A stretch of DNA of 64,000 nucleotides from Leidyana gryllorum EB-2025a. Taxonomy: Eukaryota > Protista > Apicomplexa. The notes beneath the pieces were generated by a model, which did not search any database, was not told where the DNA came from, and saw only the letters and a program-made list of their open reading frames with translations. The stretch spans positions 124,001-188,000 of the forward strand of contig JBLWGC010000047.1 in assembly GCA_048772705.1 (NCBI GenBank), given 5' to 3'. Position numbers and translations under genes: made by a program. Positions 47,821 through 60,900 of the stretch are shown piece by piece (position 1 is the first letter of the stretch; each line of letters begins with the position of its first letter).

Positions 47821-49244
47821 ATGAACTCTTTGCACTCTTCTCCATCATTTTCCCAACTTAACCCCTCCAATCAATGCCAGGATCCACCTTCAACCTCTTA
47901 TCAACCACAACTCCAGGATCCGTAAGTGGCAATCTAATAGCCACCTCATAATAATTAAATCAACAGTCTAATTGAATGGGTCGGTACCGCTATAAGAAGT
48001 CAATGGTCCACTGGTGCCACACCGGGCGACCTCTACTCTGTAATGGGTAACATCGAAAGATGCGTAGAAGAACACAGGCGCAACCCAGAGTCCAGTCACA
48101 TATCCAGACACGCGCCCAAGAACACCAAGTTCTGGACTCCCCTTCCTATGCGGGAGGCCTTCATGAGAATGGATGCCAAATACAAGATAAGTCAACGACG
48201 CTGGATTCCGCCCAGCAACCACGAGATCCGCCAAACCCTAAATCTGGCACAAGTTTTGGTCACCTGTAAGAATCTACGGCTGATCACATTCGATGGGGAT
48301 GAAACCTTATATCCAAACGGTGCTAATTTTGAGGACCCCGAATTGGCTAACCTTATCATCAAATTGTTGCGGAACGACGTCCACGTCGCTCTGGTCACTG
48401 CTGCGGGATACGGGCAAGACCCCGAGCATTACGAGGTGCGCCTCGGTATATTGCTAACCGCCCTCAAAGACGCCAATCTGGGACCCGAGAAATTGGGCCA
48501 ATTCATGGTATTCGGAGGAGAGGCTAATTACTTGTTCAGGTGAGTGCTAGACTTCTGTCTGCCTTCGCTACTGATGTATTTCGCCAGACTTGGTGAAGAT
48601 TGCGGTCTTCACTGTGTTCCATATGACGAATGGCAACGTCACTCCCCCATCGTTCTCACCAAGGAGAAGGATCTGGAAGAAGCCACACGGCTGCTCAATA
48701 CAGCCGAGGCGACTCTGCGAGATGCTGTAACAGAGCTTGGACTGCGTGCGCGAGTTATCCGCAAGGAAAGGGCCGTAGGAATTGTCCCAGGCGGACTGCA
48801 AGGCGTCCTGAGGGTCCCAACTGGATCGGGCTCCAAGTCCATCAGGTCAGAAATTCTTGAGGAAGCTGTGGCACGGGTTCGCGAAGCGGTCAATCGAATT
48901 GGTAAGTTCCATAGTTCACATGGCTTGGAGTACACTCAAAATGACCATCATCAGATCCGAAGATCCCCTACTGCGCTTTCAATGGAGGCTCGGATGTCTG
49001 GGTCGATGTCGGGAATAAGGCAATGGCGTTGGAAGTATTACAAAGCATATTAAATATTCATCCTTCAGAGTGCTTGCATCTAGGTGACCAGTTCACACAA
49101 TCAGGAAACGACATCACCGTGCGCCAAAAATCGCCATGTATCTGGGTGATTTCCCCAACTGAAACCAAAGCTGTTCTTCGACGCTTGATAAAAGGAGGTG
49201 ATATGGAGCAGCAAGTAGATAGTGACGGAAACGAAAATTGGTGA
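47821..49244 (+). CDS. ISN1: IMP-specific 5'-nucleotidase (HAD superfamily), multi-exon
   Basis: DPLIEW, FWTPLPMREAF, ISQRRWIPPS, LITFDGDETLY, VTAAGY, FGGEANYLFR, FNGGSDVWVDVGNK, LHLGDQF..GND. Confidence 0.93.
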
Positions 49245-49249
49245 AGGTG

Positions 49250-49536
49250 CTAAACAGATTGTGTTTGATCATCCAAGACGTGTAGTGCTTCTTGAAACGC
49301 AAGCTTGAGCTGCGTTATCTCGCTCTGGTATCTTTCTGCGAGATGCTCCTGCTCCTTCAACCGCAACTGATTGCTCTGTTCAACATCGCAGTTCAGTCAT
49401 CACTTCTTACCGATAAATCGGATTCCATTTGCTCAAACTTGGCGTCAATCATCTCCAAGATCTGTGATAGTGTCTTCGTGTGTCCATGTATCTCATTTGA
49501 GCACTCAATAAGTACTTCACGAGTCAGGTCAGCCAT
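49250..49536 (-). CDS. Small (~76 aa) acidic coiled-coil protein, 2 exons, absent from the ORF track
   Basis: MADLTREVLIECSNEIHGHTKTLSQILEMIDAKFEQMESDLS |GTAAG...AAG| EQEHLAERYQSEITQLKLAFQEALHVLDDQTQSV*. Confidence 0.55.
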
Positions 49537-49618
49537 ATCGATCGTGTGTGCTCGATGGACAACATCACATGGAAATTAAGGCCAGGCGTTATCTAGGGTA
49601 TTTCACCCTCAAAACGGT

Positions 49619-50966
49619 ATGATTACTCCCCAGCGGATGTCAATGCTCGAAACCAGGGTTGTTATATCATTGCGTTCTCTCATATTGGTATTGGATCGTG
49701 CATATGGATACTATTAGATTACCTTCGGCCGCAATTGCACTTACTGTCTGTGACAATATTGTTCGCCTTCCTGTTGGTCGCTATCTTAGGGTGGGTGATT
49801 CCAGCTTTGCGATTGACAGCAAGTTTCCTGCTCAGAGTCACTGCGACTATTCAGCGATCCGTGACCCTAACCTGGGTGTACTCCGTACTCACTCTTGCAT
49901 TGGCTATCACTGTCCTACTGCTGGCGTTGGACTTTCTGGATACTATAGACTTTTTACCGATACCTCCCGCTCATCCGGTAGGCTGGCCTCATTGATTCCA
50001 CATGACCTTCGTAGACGTCTGTCAATGACGAAATCGGCATCACCGGAGGCCATACACATGGAGGCACCTTTCTTCAAGCCGTACAGACTTTGTGGACAAC
50101 TCCTTTGACGCTCTTGGGATTACGGGCGGTTGAACGAAAGCCTTCGTTCCCTGTCGAAGATCGGACATATGGGGACGATTTCACGGCTTATGCCCGTAAC
50201 GCTTTCCCGACTAGCCGGCGTTATCTAAAACATCAGCACAACAGTCTACTCCACCGACGGTCGCATGCGGAGCCTCCTGAGACGCTGCAAGGCCTCGAGA
50301 AGGCTATAGCAGAGGATGTAGTCGATCTGATGGAAGAGAGAGAAGCTGGTCAGCAGCTAGTACAGCAGGGGAGCCGGCTTCGTGCTCAACGATGGGCAGA
50401 TGGTGCTGGTCTGCCTAATCAGGTGGAAGATGGCTCAGCGAACTTGAAAGCTAACGGAACAGCTGAGGGCAGCAAACTGGATCTGTTAGGTTTGGAGAAG
50501 AAGAGCTCTTCTGGAGAAGCAGAAGAGGTGTCACTGGAGGAATTACCCCCTGAGGTGGCCGATTTACCCGAAGATTTGCAGATGACCGTGACTGCGACGA
50601 CCAAAACGCTCAAACACAGTGAGGTTCTCGACCAATTACTATCAAACTTCCTTGATTGCAGTCGTTAAAATGATTTCTGGAATCATTCTGGCAGTGATGT
50701 TCCTATATATGCTATACGCTGACTGGATCATCACAAGTTTCGCATTAAACCAATGGTAAGGAGGGCATTGATTCCAATTCTCATTGTGATTTAGTACTTC
50801 ATTCGACTCCTTGGATGACATCCCGGACCAATTTGAGCCTCTGTTGTCTCATTCGCCTCTGGAAAGTATTGAAGCGGATCAATTGAACCTCAAAGACTCT
50901 CCGTTGGTTCCGGCCCCATTGCCAACTCCTCCTCCTTCACCTCCCCGAGGAGCTCCTGTAGTTTGA
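49619..50966 (+). CDS. Hypothetical multi-pass membrane protein, multi-exon; start uncertain
   Basis: Two N-terminal TM segments (49735-49995), a soluble loop (50090-50618), TM exon IVKMISGIILAVMFLYMLYADWII and a Pro-rich last exon. Confidence 0.5.
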
Positions 50967-51722
50967 GAACAGGGTGAGCGATCATCGGTCAGAGCTGTGG
51001 GACAGCAGACGGGTCTTCCTGGTCGTAAGAGCATGAACGCTTCGTCGTTATCGTGCACGACACGATAACCAGTTTCATAGAAGTGGAGGTCGCCAACCCA
51101 TCTGAAGGCAGCAAGTATAATTCTGCAGAGTCAGCGGTTTGATTGGGGCTCACCTGTCATTGAAAAGTCGTGCGGTTCCTGTGTCGCTGCTTATACGATT
51201 ATCAATGGCCACTGCCTCGTCGAGCTCTTTGTTGAGTTGCGTTTCATCGCCATTGCTCAACATCTTGGCAGTCTTCATGGAGGATATGGCTTCTCCGAGC
51301 TCTCCAAAATTGAGAAGTGCCCTTCCACGAGTCCAATGTGCTTCGAAACAATTCGGATTGAAGGAGATCGCTCTGTCAGCAGCGAGGATGGCTTTGAACC
51401 AGGAGTTCTCCATGAGGAACGTTTGTGCGACAGCTTCCATGTATATAGCTCTATTTTCTGCATCACCAAGACCAGCTCTTTTAAATTGAGTACGAGCGTT
51501 ATCGTAATGTCCAGCGGCTGCTAGTCTATTGGCTTCCTGTCGGTGGCGATAAGCGACTTCGAGAGGGATAGATATTTTGGGGGGCACACTGATATTGGGA
51601 GGAGCATCGATTTCCTCTTCGAATTGCTGGGCGAATAGCGTTCTGGTTCGTTCTGCTTGGTCGGATCGGTTTGTGTCGCCAGTTTGGGTTGATGAAGGGA
51701 ATTTGAGCTGCCAGGGAGTCAT
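50879..51722 (-). CDS. TPR protein, TTC33-like
   Basis: ANRLAAAGHYDNA..F.RA....YMEAVAQ..M.....FKAILAADRAISFNPNCFEAHWTRGRALLNFGELGEAI. Second exon follows intron ~51123-51153. Confidence 0.7.
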
Positions 51723-51775
51723 TGCAGACTTTTTTTCAAGGGTACTCTGAAAGTTTTGTGTTTGGGTACCGCGAG

Positions 51776-53585
51776 ATGGCTGCCACGGCTGCGCCAGTGA
51801 CCGCCTTTATGGCGGATAGAGAGAGTGGAGAGGATGTTCGTTCCCAGAATGGTGAGTGTATTGGTGTGGCGTTAGCGTGACATGATGTTGCAGTGACTGC
51901 GGCTAACACGCTTGCGAATATTCTGAAGAGTTCATTGGGTCCCCAGGGTTTGGACAAGATGCTGGTGGACGGTATCGGCGAGATGACGATTACGAACGAC
52001 GGTGCAACCATTTTGAAGCAGTTGGAGGTTCAGCACCCTGCTGCTAAGGTGTTGGTTGATCTGAGTGACTTGCAAGATCAGGAAGTAGGTGATGGAACGA
52101 CTACCGTGGTGTTGTTGGCTGCTGAGCTGTTGAAGAGGGGCAACGCTTTGATTCAACAGGGTGTGCATCCAACGTGGGTGGTGACAGCATTCAAGTCGGC
52201 AGCCAAAGAGGCGGTGAAGTACATTCAGTCGAATTTGACGATGCGATTGGATCAGAATGCGGATCCGGAATTACTGAAGAACATTGCTCGTACGTCTTTG
52301 AGTTCCAAGTTGATTGGCGGGGAGGACGATTTTTTCGCCAATCTGGTGTGCGAGGCTGTGCCAAAAGTGCGTTTCGAGGATGAGAAGACAGGCAAAGTGA
52401 AGTATCCGGTTAAATCCATAAACATTCTCAAGACTCACGGGAAGAGTACTCGGGAATCTATGGTTGTGGACGGTTTTGCTCTGAGTCACATTGGGCGAGC
52501 CGCTCAAGGGATGCCGATGAGAGTGGAGAAGGCGAAGATTGCCATTCTCGAGTTTCCTCTGAAACAATATAGAGCACAACTAGGCGTCCAAATATTGGTC
52601 AAGGAGGCTGAGGAATTGGAGAAAATCCGTCTCAAGGAGAAGGATATCTGCAAGGACAGAGTGGAGAAGATATTGGCGGCTGGTGCCAACGTTATCCTCA
52701 CTTGTGAGGGCATTGATGATATGGCTCTCAAGTACTTTGTCGAAGCCAAAGCTCTGGCTGTCCGACGTGTGCCCCGCGCTGATCTCAGGAGAATCGCTCG
52801 GGCCACTAACGCTCGTCCGGTGATTACTATGGCCAAACCAGATGGTGACGAGGAGTACTTTGATCCCGCCTGGTTGGGTGAGGCTGACGAAGTGTGCGAG
52901 GAGAGAGTCGGCGATTGGGATTACATCTTTGTGAAAGGATGCCAAGGTGGCCGAGCTGCGTCCATTATCCTGAGAGGAGCCAATGACTACTTGGTGGACG
53001 AGGTCGACCGCTGCGTGCACGATGCCATCTGCACCGTCAGTCGCACACTCGAGTCCAACCAAGTGTGTCCCGGTGGTGGTGCCGTGGAGACTGCGTTATC
53101 GGTCTATCTAGAGGACTTCGCCCGTACAATGGTGAGTTTGTTTGGTGGTCAAGTGTTCTCACATCGTGTGTCTGTGTGTGTGTCTTAGGGTTCCAAGGGG
53201 CAAGTGGCTGTTGCCGAGTTTGCTGAAGCTCTGAACATCATTCCGAAGACTTTGGCTGTGAATGCGGCTAAGGACGCTACTGAGCTGTTGGCTAAACTGC
53301 GTGCTGCTCACTGGAGGTCTCAGAAACAAGATTTCGCTGAGGAAGACGTTCAGTACAAGTGGTATGGATTGGACTTGGTGAATGGAACTGTTCGGAACAA
53401 TCTGAAGGCCGGCGTTCTGGAGCCGGCTATGATTAAAATCAAAGCTATCCGGTAAGTAATGTGATGGTTGGGGTCACACGACTGCAATTTTTGAAATCAG
53501 GTTTGCGACCGAGGCTGCTGTGACCATCCTGAGGGTGGACGACATTATCCGGTGTCATCCGGAGGAGGATATGGGTCAGCAGTGA
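51776..53585 (+). CDS. TCP1: T-complex protein 1 subunit alpha (CCT1)
   Basis: DRESGEDVRSQN|VTAA..KSSLGPQGLDKMLVD, TNDGATIL, GDGTT, KYPVKSINILK, FATEAAVTILRVDD. Confidence 0.97.
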
Positions 53586-53597
53586 GGAGGGTGTTGG

Positions 53598-56500
53598 TCA
53601 GATGCAACTGTCATCTGGCTCTTCTTCTTCGAGGGGATTGTTGTCGTCATTCGTGGGGTTAAGGAGGATATCACGTAGATCCTTGAGACTAGCGCCACCA
53701 GCGTCAACTTTACCGTTCTCGAGCGCAGCGGCAGCCATCATCCTTTTGACCTTTTGCTTTTTGACCACTGCCTCTTCCACTGTATTCCGCGTTACTACTC
53801 GGTACACTCTAACAGGCCGGGTCTGTCCAATTCGGTATATACGGTCAATTGCCTGATCCTCAACATGGGGATTCCACCAGGGGTCCATAACATACGCCAC
53901 GTGAGCGGCCGTCAGAGTCTGTGCAGCATCAGAATGTGAAACAAAGGGGGGGGGAGGGTGTTGACTTACCAGTCCAGTTCCCGCAGCTTTAATGCTGGCC
54001 AACATGACCATATTGTGATTGACATTCTGAAACTCGTTGACAATGGTTTCTCTCTTCTTCATCGACAACTTTCCATCAAACAAACTCGTTCGGACTCCGC
54101 GTCGTGTGAGTGCCTCCTGAACGTGCGTCAGCAGCTGCGACAAACATCATTTGACTCAGAATCTTCACTACAAAGTTGATTGGCTTACCTTTACGAATGT
54201 AGAGAATACCACAATCTTGTTGGGTTTGCCATCTGACTGCTTTTCGAGGAGATCTTGGGTTATTCGGTCACAAAGACCCCGAATTTTACTCGATTCCACA
54301 AATGGCCTCTCTTCTTCGCAGTCAAACACGGAATCCTTCGCTGCCTCTCTCATCCGTTGAGCCTGGCGCAGTTGAGCTTCAGATTTTCGGACCAATTGCT
54401 TCTTGCTGAGAGGCTTGCGACATATGGGGCAGTGGGCATTGATCTGTTTGGTGGTGCTGTCGAGCCATTCTGAGATGCACCCAAAGTGAAACAGATGGGA
54501 GCAGCCACTGATCGTGTCCGGTGTGTCTCCCAAACATATTGGACACACATCCGCCAAAGAGTCTCCTTCAAGTAAGGAGGCCATTTGATTGGTGCCCAAC
54601 AGCTGATCGATGAGTGGGTTGAGGTCTTTATCGTTCCGCAAAAGTATATTGTCGAGTTGCACCCGAATATGATCAGCTACAACACTCTCAGTGTTGGCCA
54701 TCAGACGTAGATGCGTTAAAACAGTCCATAGCTGGGCAGCCTGTGCCTTATCAGCTCGTTGAGCGGCCTTTTGAGCTGTCCGAGCCAAAGCTTCATACCG
54801 CTCCCACTCCTCCGCGTTCATTTTGATCCAAACCATATGTATGGTCTTTGGCGGAAGTGTGCCCAAATCGTTGGATTCGTTGCTATTGGCGCCGATTTCG
54901 ACGGTCTGAATGGTCTCAGTGGTGTTCAAGTTGAGATTTCCAGTCAGCGAGCTCGCAGGTGAGCTGTTGCTGACGGAGTCGCTGTTAGGTGTTGAGCTCG
55001 TGGCATTATTGGAGGGATCTTCTGCACTGGAAGTGCCGCCGGCTTCAGCAGCCGTGTCGATCCTATCGAGAATGGTCTTTTTCCGTCTGAGGAGTATCCA
55101 TTGAATAGCGGCCTGAATTCGGCACCGAGCGCGTTTGTCCTTGAGGAGGTTTTTCTTTGCGTCTCCGCCGAGCGCACTCTTGAAGTTTTGTTTGGTATCA
55201 AAAGGTTGGACTCTTAAAAAGTTCAGCAAGGGTCCGAGATCTTCAATCTTGTTTTGGAGCGGAGTACCGGAGAGACACCATTTGTAGAGCCCTTGCAGTT
55301 GGAGGGTGGCAACAGTGGTGCGGCTATTGGCGTTCCGGATAGTGTGTGCTTCGTCCAATATGATGCGTCTCCAGAAAATATTGTGGAGAGCGCTGGGCTC
55401 GAGTTTGCTGTCCATTTGGGAAGCCGCTTGGCAGACGGTACTGTAAGTGGTAACGACGAAAAGCTTTGTGGATAACGACAGCGTATCGACGTGATTCCTC
55501 TCCGTCCCGTAGTAGGAGAAGATTAGATCTGAATGAAGGGTGGTGTGATCACGTAACTGTGCTCTCCAGGTATTGAGAACGGATTTCGGACAAACGATGA
55601 GTGTGGCATCACTTTTGACGTGGGGTTTGCCGTCGACCATAACTTGATCCTCTTCGGGTACCTCTTTGTTATGTCCGGCTCGTCCTCCCCGTTTCCTGCG
55701 TTTCTCGTTCTCCATCTTGAAGAGGCTCTGGCCGTGTTCCTCAATCTTTTCCTGAACCACAGGATCCAAAAGAGCACAGGCGATAGACTGTATAGTCTTT
55801 CCGAGTCCCATATCATCAGCCAAGATACCTCCTTTGGGGGGTTTGAGGTCTTTGACAAACACGTGGTGCCCTCCCAAGATACGGCATTCGGCAACTTCGT
55901 CTCTGACGGGGTGCCGTCTCCATATCTGCCATTCGCCTTTCTCTTTCAACACTTCTCTCAAATCCAATCGCGACTGGTCTTCCATTTCTCGCATCCACCA
56001 CACGCCTTTGCGTTGGTGTGCGAGCAGCTCAGACTTGAGACCTGGGACTTTGGCATCGACGTCCTGCATATTGGCCCATTCCTTCATGGAGAACATATCA
56101 TTGATCCGGTTGGCCAAATCTTCGGTGTCTTCTTCGACGGTGGCCTCAACGGGACGTCTCAGAGGACCAGCGTCCTCGTTGTTGGCCTCCCCATTGAGCA
56201 GAGAGGCGGGCAATTTCTGGAACCCGTCTTCGTCCAGTTCGTAGTTCTCGTCTTCGACTGCTTGCAGAAAGTCGTCGTCCAGAAGGGTTTGTTGGGAGAC
56301 TTCGGAGAGATTATGGCGCGCGAGCTGACAGGAAGTGCTCAAAGTATTGTCATCGGGGCCGGGTGTGAAGACATTGAGGGGCTCAAAAGCAAAACTTCGA
56401 AAAGTATCTTTCCCACGCGGCAAAGCCGACCACCCGAACGATCCCGCAGGGGGGGGCGGGGAACTGATACTGAATCGCGCTCGGTCAGAGGGGAACACAT

Positions 56501-57911
56501 AGTCGACATTGGGGTACTCTTGGAACCCATTATTATTGGTGCGATCTCTTCGGGGGCAGAGACAGGAGAGGACGCAGTCTCGACCATAAAAGTTGGTTGC
56601 GAGACGGCCTGTGGTCAAAGTGAGGGGGTTAACGGCTCCGAAGATACTTTGGGAATCGTCAGCAAGTCGCCGTCGAGCATAGGTGGCCCAAACCCGGTCG
56701 GAGACGAGACACTGTAAAAGTTCATTGGGTTCGAGGGCATCGATATAAATGCTGACGGGTTTCCGATACCGTTGATACGAAGAATCGCTCTCCGCAAAGG
56801 TGATAACGTGATCGCCCCCTTCGAGTTTCGCCATTGTCCGGGCTGGAAACTCGTAGCGAGTTCGGAAGAGCACCGGTTGGGTACATATAGTCTCGACAAT
56901 AGCGCTCGCCACGGGAGGCAGAAAGCCGGCGACTTGGGTCGAAGTGCTCGTCATCAAAACTCCAATGCCGGCCCGCCATTGCATTGTAGACTCATCGATC
57001 CAACTGAAGAGTCGAAATCTCATTTCCCGATCTAAATGAGCCAACCTCCAGCAGTTCTCAAACTCTTGGGTGGGTTCCACGTAGGTGTGAATGATAGCGC
57101 AACATCTCATATTGTCAGTATACGTCATGTGACGGTAGTCCACGACTCCTCTCTCCCATATAATTCCACAGTCTCCGTTTCGGGTCGGAGACATCAACTC
57201 CGCCACCGACCGGTGCTGTTGGTGGCCACCCGCCTCACCGTCATTTTCGAGCGAATTTGTAGTCGAAGCAGCGCCCTGAGGGACAACAGCGCCCTCACTC
57301 TCCTCGTCATCGTCGTCGTCGTCTATTGCAATTGCCTCCTCCGGATTCAACGCGTCCAAATCAACCAATACTGGAGATGGACGGGGGGGGCGAGCCGCCG
57401 ATCCGGAAGCAGTCGTCGAGGGGGGATGTTGATAGCCATCCAAATCACCAATCTCGCGTCCATTCAACTCTATGATTTCACACGAACTACTCGCCGGGGT
57501 ACACTCTCCCCCACTGCTCTCTGCCCCCACATTCACACTCTCTCGCAACGGCGGTAACTCGGGGGTCTCAAGTTGAGCTTCAGCTTCAGCGGGCGGTAAC
57601 ATTTCCTGATCCTCCCGGATCGCAGTCTCGGCGGCGGGTGGAGAGTTCACATCACCATCAGCGACGCCCACAGACTCCGCTTTCTCGGCGTCTCCCTCAG
57701 TCCCGCCGCCGCCGCCGGTACTGGTGGTCGACCAGCTACCTTTGATGAGAGTTGTCTCCTCCTGACGACCGGTCAAGAATAGACTGGTGGCTTCCTCTAC
57801 ACTCAATTGGGGTCCACGGGCTAAGGACCCGTCAAGTAGTCCTTCATCTCGACGCACACGTTTCGACTCTGGTTCAGACCATGAGGTACTTGAAGCTGGC
57901 CGAGGGGGCAT
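53598..57911 (-). CDS. Rad5/16-like SNF2 helicase with RING finger
   Basis: GGILADDMGLGKT, LIVCP, RIILDEAHTIRN, WCLSGTPLQN. RING CPIC..C.H.FH..C...CPICR is inserted between the ATPase lobes. DPWWNP.VEDQAIDRIYRIGQ. Confidence 0.93.
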
Positions 57912-57965
57912 ATGATACTTAATTTTTTTGACGCTACTCTGACTGACTAACTCTCAAGTTCAAGT

Positions 57966-60900
57966 TCATAAGGCTATGTTGGCGGCGAAAGGACTGAATG
58001 ACGCTGGCGTATTCGGCAACATGGGAGCCATCCCAATACTCATTAGTCCCGATACTGCGTGTGTGGAATGGGACCCCATAGGTTAAAGCAACTTTAGAAA
58101 ACCCTCACCGAGCTCATTCGCAGAATGCTTATCTTTGCGCTCGCTCTGACTCTGAGTCTGCTTCGCAACCTCCTTCTCCAACTTGTCCAGCCTCTGACGC
58201 AAAGTGCCTACGCTCTGAATCATAAACGGCATCAACTCGTCTTGGTACCCAGCCAGCCATGCCAACTCCATGGCCACCTCTGGCCGCACCAACGGATTGC
58301 ACACCTGCACAACGCAACAAATCAAGTCATTCAGTCAGTCAGTCATTCAGTCAGTCAGTCAGTCAACCAGTCAACCCCCAAACTCTCTCCCCAATCCTAC
58401 CTGCAGACAGGCAGCAAAGTGCTGCGGGCTCTTGAGCTCATCAACAAAGTACTGCAACAGCGCTTCAGCGATCGCCGGATCACCCGAAGTACGAGCGATC
58501 GCCATCGCCTGCTCGTACTGATGGAACTTCTTTGCTAACTCGATCGCGTGAGTATACTTCCCATTCTTCTCGTACAACGACAAAGCCAATTGCTTCATCT
58601 CAATCAACTGCATAACAATGTGACGACCGCAACAATGACCACCGAGTGACAAACAATGACCACCGAATGACAATGACAGAACCCCAACAGCAACCGGAAC
58701 AATTACAGAACCCCAACAGCAACCGGAACAATGACAGAACCCCAATAACAGCCGACATATAGATCATAACAATCCACAGCAAACCGAAAACATCGAACAT
58801 CGATCGAACCACCGACCAAGTAACTCACCTCGTGTTTCTCGAGCTTCGCAGCCAATTCTGGTTGATCAAAGTTGTCATAAGCCGAAATACTCTTCCGTAG
58901 CTTCTCAACGTCCTTTCTGTCCAGATACAGCTCGTGCAACGCGTCATTCACAATAGTCGTGTGCTCGTTCGCACGCGCCTGCTCGTCCTCCAGCCAGCTC
59001 GCCACCAATGCCATCGGACTCAAATTAATTCGAGACGCCTCCAATGACAAACGATGACTCTTGATCGTTTGGATCACTCGCAGGTGTTCGATCTGACCAC
59101 TCAGAGCCGACAGTAACTGATTCAGCATCGTCGGATGCTCCTCCAAGTACAGCACCAATGCTTTGTACAGAATGTCCAGATTCGTCACTTTTTGGAGAAT
59201 AGACAGGAACTGCTCGTGCTCCCAAGCGATACTGCTGTGGTTCAGAATCACACTGGCCGCCTGGTCGTACTCGTTGTACGACAGATACAACAACACCTCT
59301 GCTTTCCACAGCTTCTCGGCCTCACAAACTTTGATCAGTTTAGGCACATTCAGCCGCCCAGCCGTCACCACCGGAGCACTCTTGAGGAAGTCCAACAACT
59401 GCTCGGGTTTGTACTTGGCGTACACAATACCCATCTCTGTATACAGGCCAATGTTACCCTTCCCTGTGGCCACACCCGCCTCCAAGAACTCCAACAGCTC
59501 ACTCGAGTACCCAGCCGACTCGTAAGCGTTGATCAGCCGCTCCAAATGATCCGAGTTGTTGATAACGTTCAGACCAGCCGAATGGGCAATCTTCAACTGA
59601 CCATTAGCCACACTCGCCAGGGCCACCTCAGTCCAGGACTTGGCACTCCCAGCTCGCTTGGCACTCTCATAAGCCGCGTTGTACTCACCCAACTTGATCA
59701 GACACAGAGTCAACTTAGTGTGGTTAGGCACCTTGGCATAGAAAACTTTCGCCGCCTTGTAACTGTTCGTGGCCCTCTCCACATCGCAGTCAGCCTCGGC
59801 TGCCAAACCCTCTTCGTACAACCGATCACCAATCATCTGAGTGTTGGCTGTATGGGCCCCGACCAAGAAGGTTTCCAGAGGACTCCACTGCCCAGTCCGG
59901 GCCAAACAGTACGCCAACTCGGAGTCCACGTCTCCCATTGAGCCAACTCGTTGAGCTCGCAGCTTCCGCAGAAACTCAGCGAGTTCCGAGAACTGTTTCG
60001 CTTGTTTGGCACATTGGATCACCCGTTTGTACTCAACGCACTTCTCAGCTTTGCCGTAAAACAACATTGCTTTCACCACCCATTCGCCTGCAGCAGTCTC
60101 CTCTCCGGCTGCCAGTCTCTCTTCGGCCTTGTCCAGCTCTGCGAGGGCCAGAGACTGCCATACAGTGGTATCCTTGGCCTTCTCGGCATAGGCCTCGGCT
60201 TGGCTGAAGTCCTGCATCTTGTACAACAGAATGTCCAGTGCCTTCTCGTTCATGTTGAACTTTTTGTACACCATCAGTGCTTCTTCGTACAACTTGAACT
60301 CCTCACTCGTGGCCACAGCGGCAACTTGGTGGGGGTCAAACGCGTCCAACCGGTTGATATAATCCTTAACCTTCTCAGGCTTGGCCGACATGGCAGTCAA
60401 CAAGAGCAAATTCTGGAACGCCGACGAGTTACTCAGAGTCTCGCCATCCAGTCCGGAACCGCTGAAAGTCACAGTCTTCTGGAGAACAATGCGTTCGAGC
60501 AGTTCCAATAGTTCACTCTCCAACTTGGCGTCCACGAAGGCTTTGACTACGCACGAGATCTCATCCACAGCAGAAGCTTCGGACAAAGCGGTGGCAGTAA
60601 TCTGATCGACCAGTTGACGACGGTATTCCTTGTTGTCGTCGCTCAACACCTGAGCCCACACCTCAGGACTCTTGCGCTGGATCAGATACTTGGCCTGAAT
60701 TCTGAACAGACCATTGCGATTGGTGATGCTGATCAACTCTGCGTCGCATTGGCCTCGCATATACGCGATGACGGCCATATGGGGGTCTTTGTTCTCGCAG
60801 TATTGACCAATAGTTCGGGGGTCATAGTTCAGATTGGTGCTCAGGAACTTCTCGGGGTCGCGGTTGGTGTCGATGTACACTTTGGCAACGGCATTGTTCA

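Noticed and set aside
1584-57911. DNA repair cluster (Y-family polymerase, LIG1, Rad5-like)
   Set aside because: The genes are 10-40 kb apart among unrelated genes, consistent with chance.
58633-58752. 29-nt repeats as a possible CRISPR array
   Set aside because: Head-to-tail copies without spacers inside a eukaryotic intron, and no cas genes.
58703-58830. Hydrophobic, TM-like C-terminus of the 1350-aa clathrin ORF
   Set aside because: Read-through into the minisatellite-containing intron. Clathrin homology resumes in the next exon.
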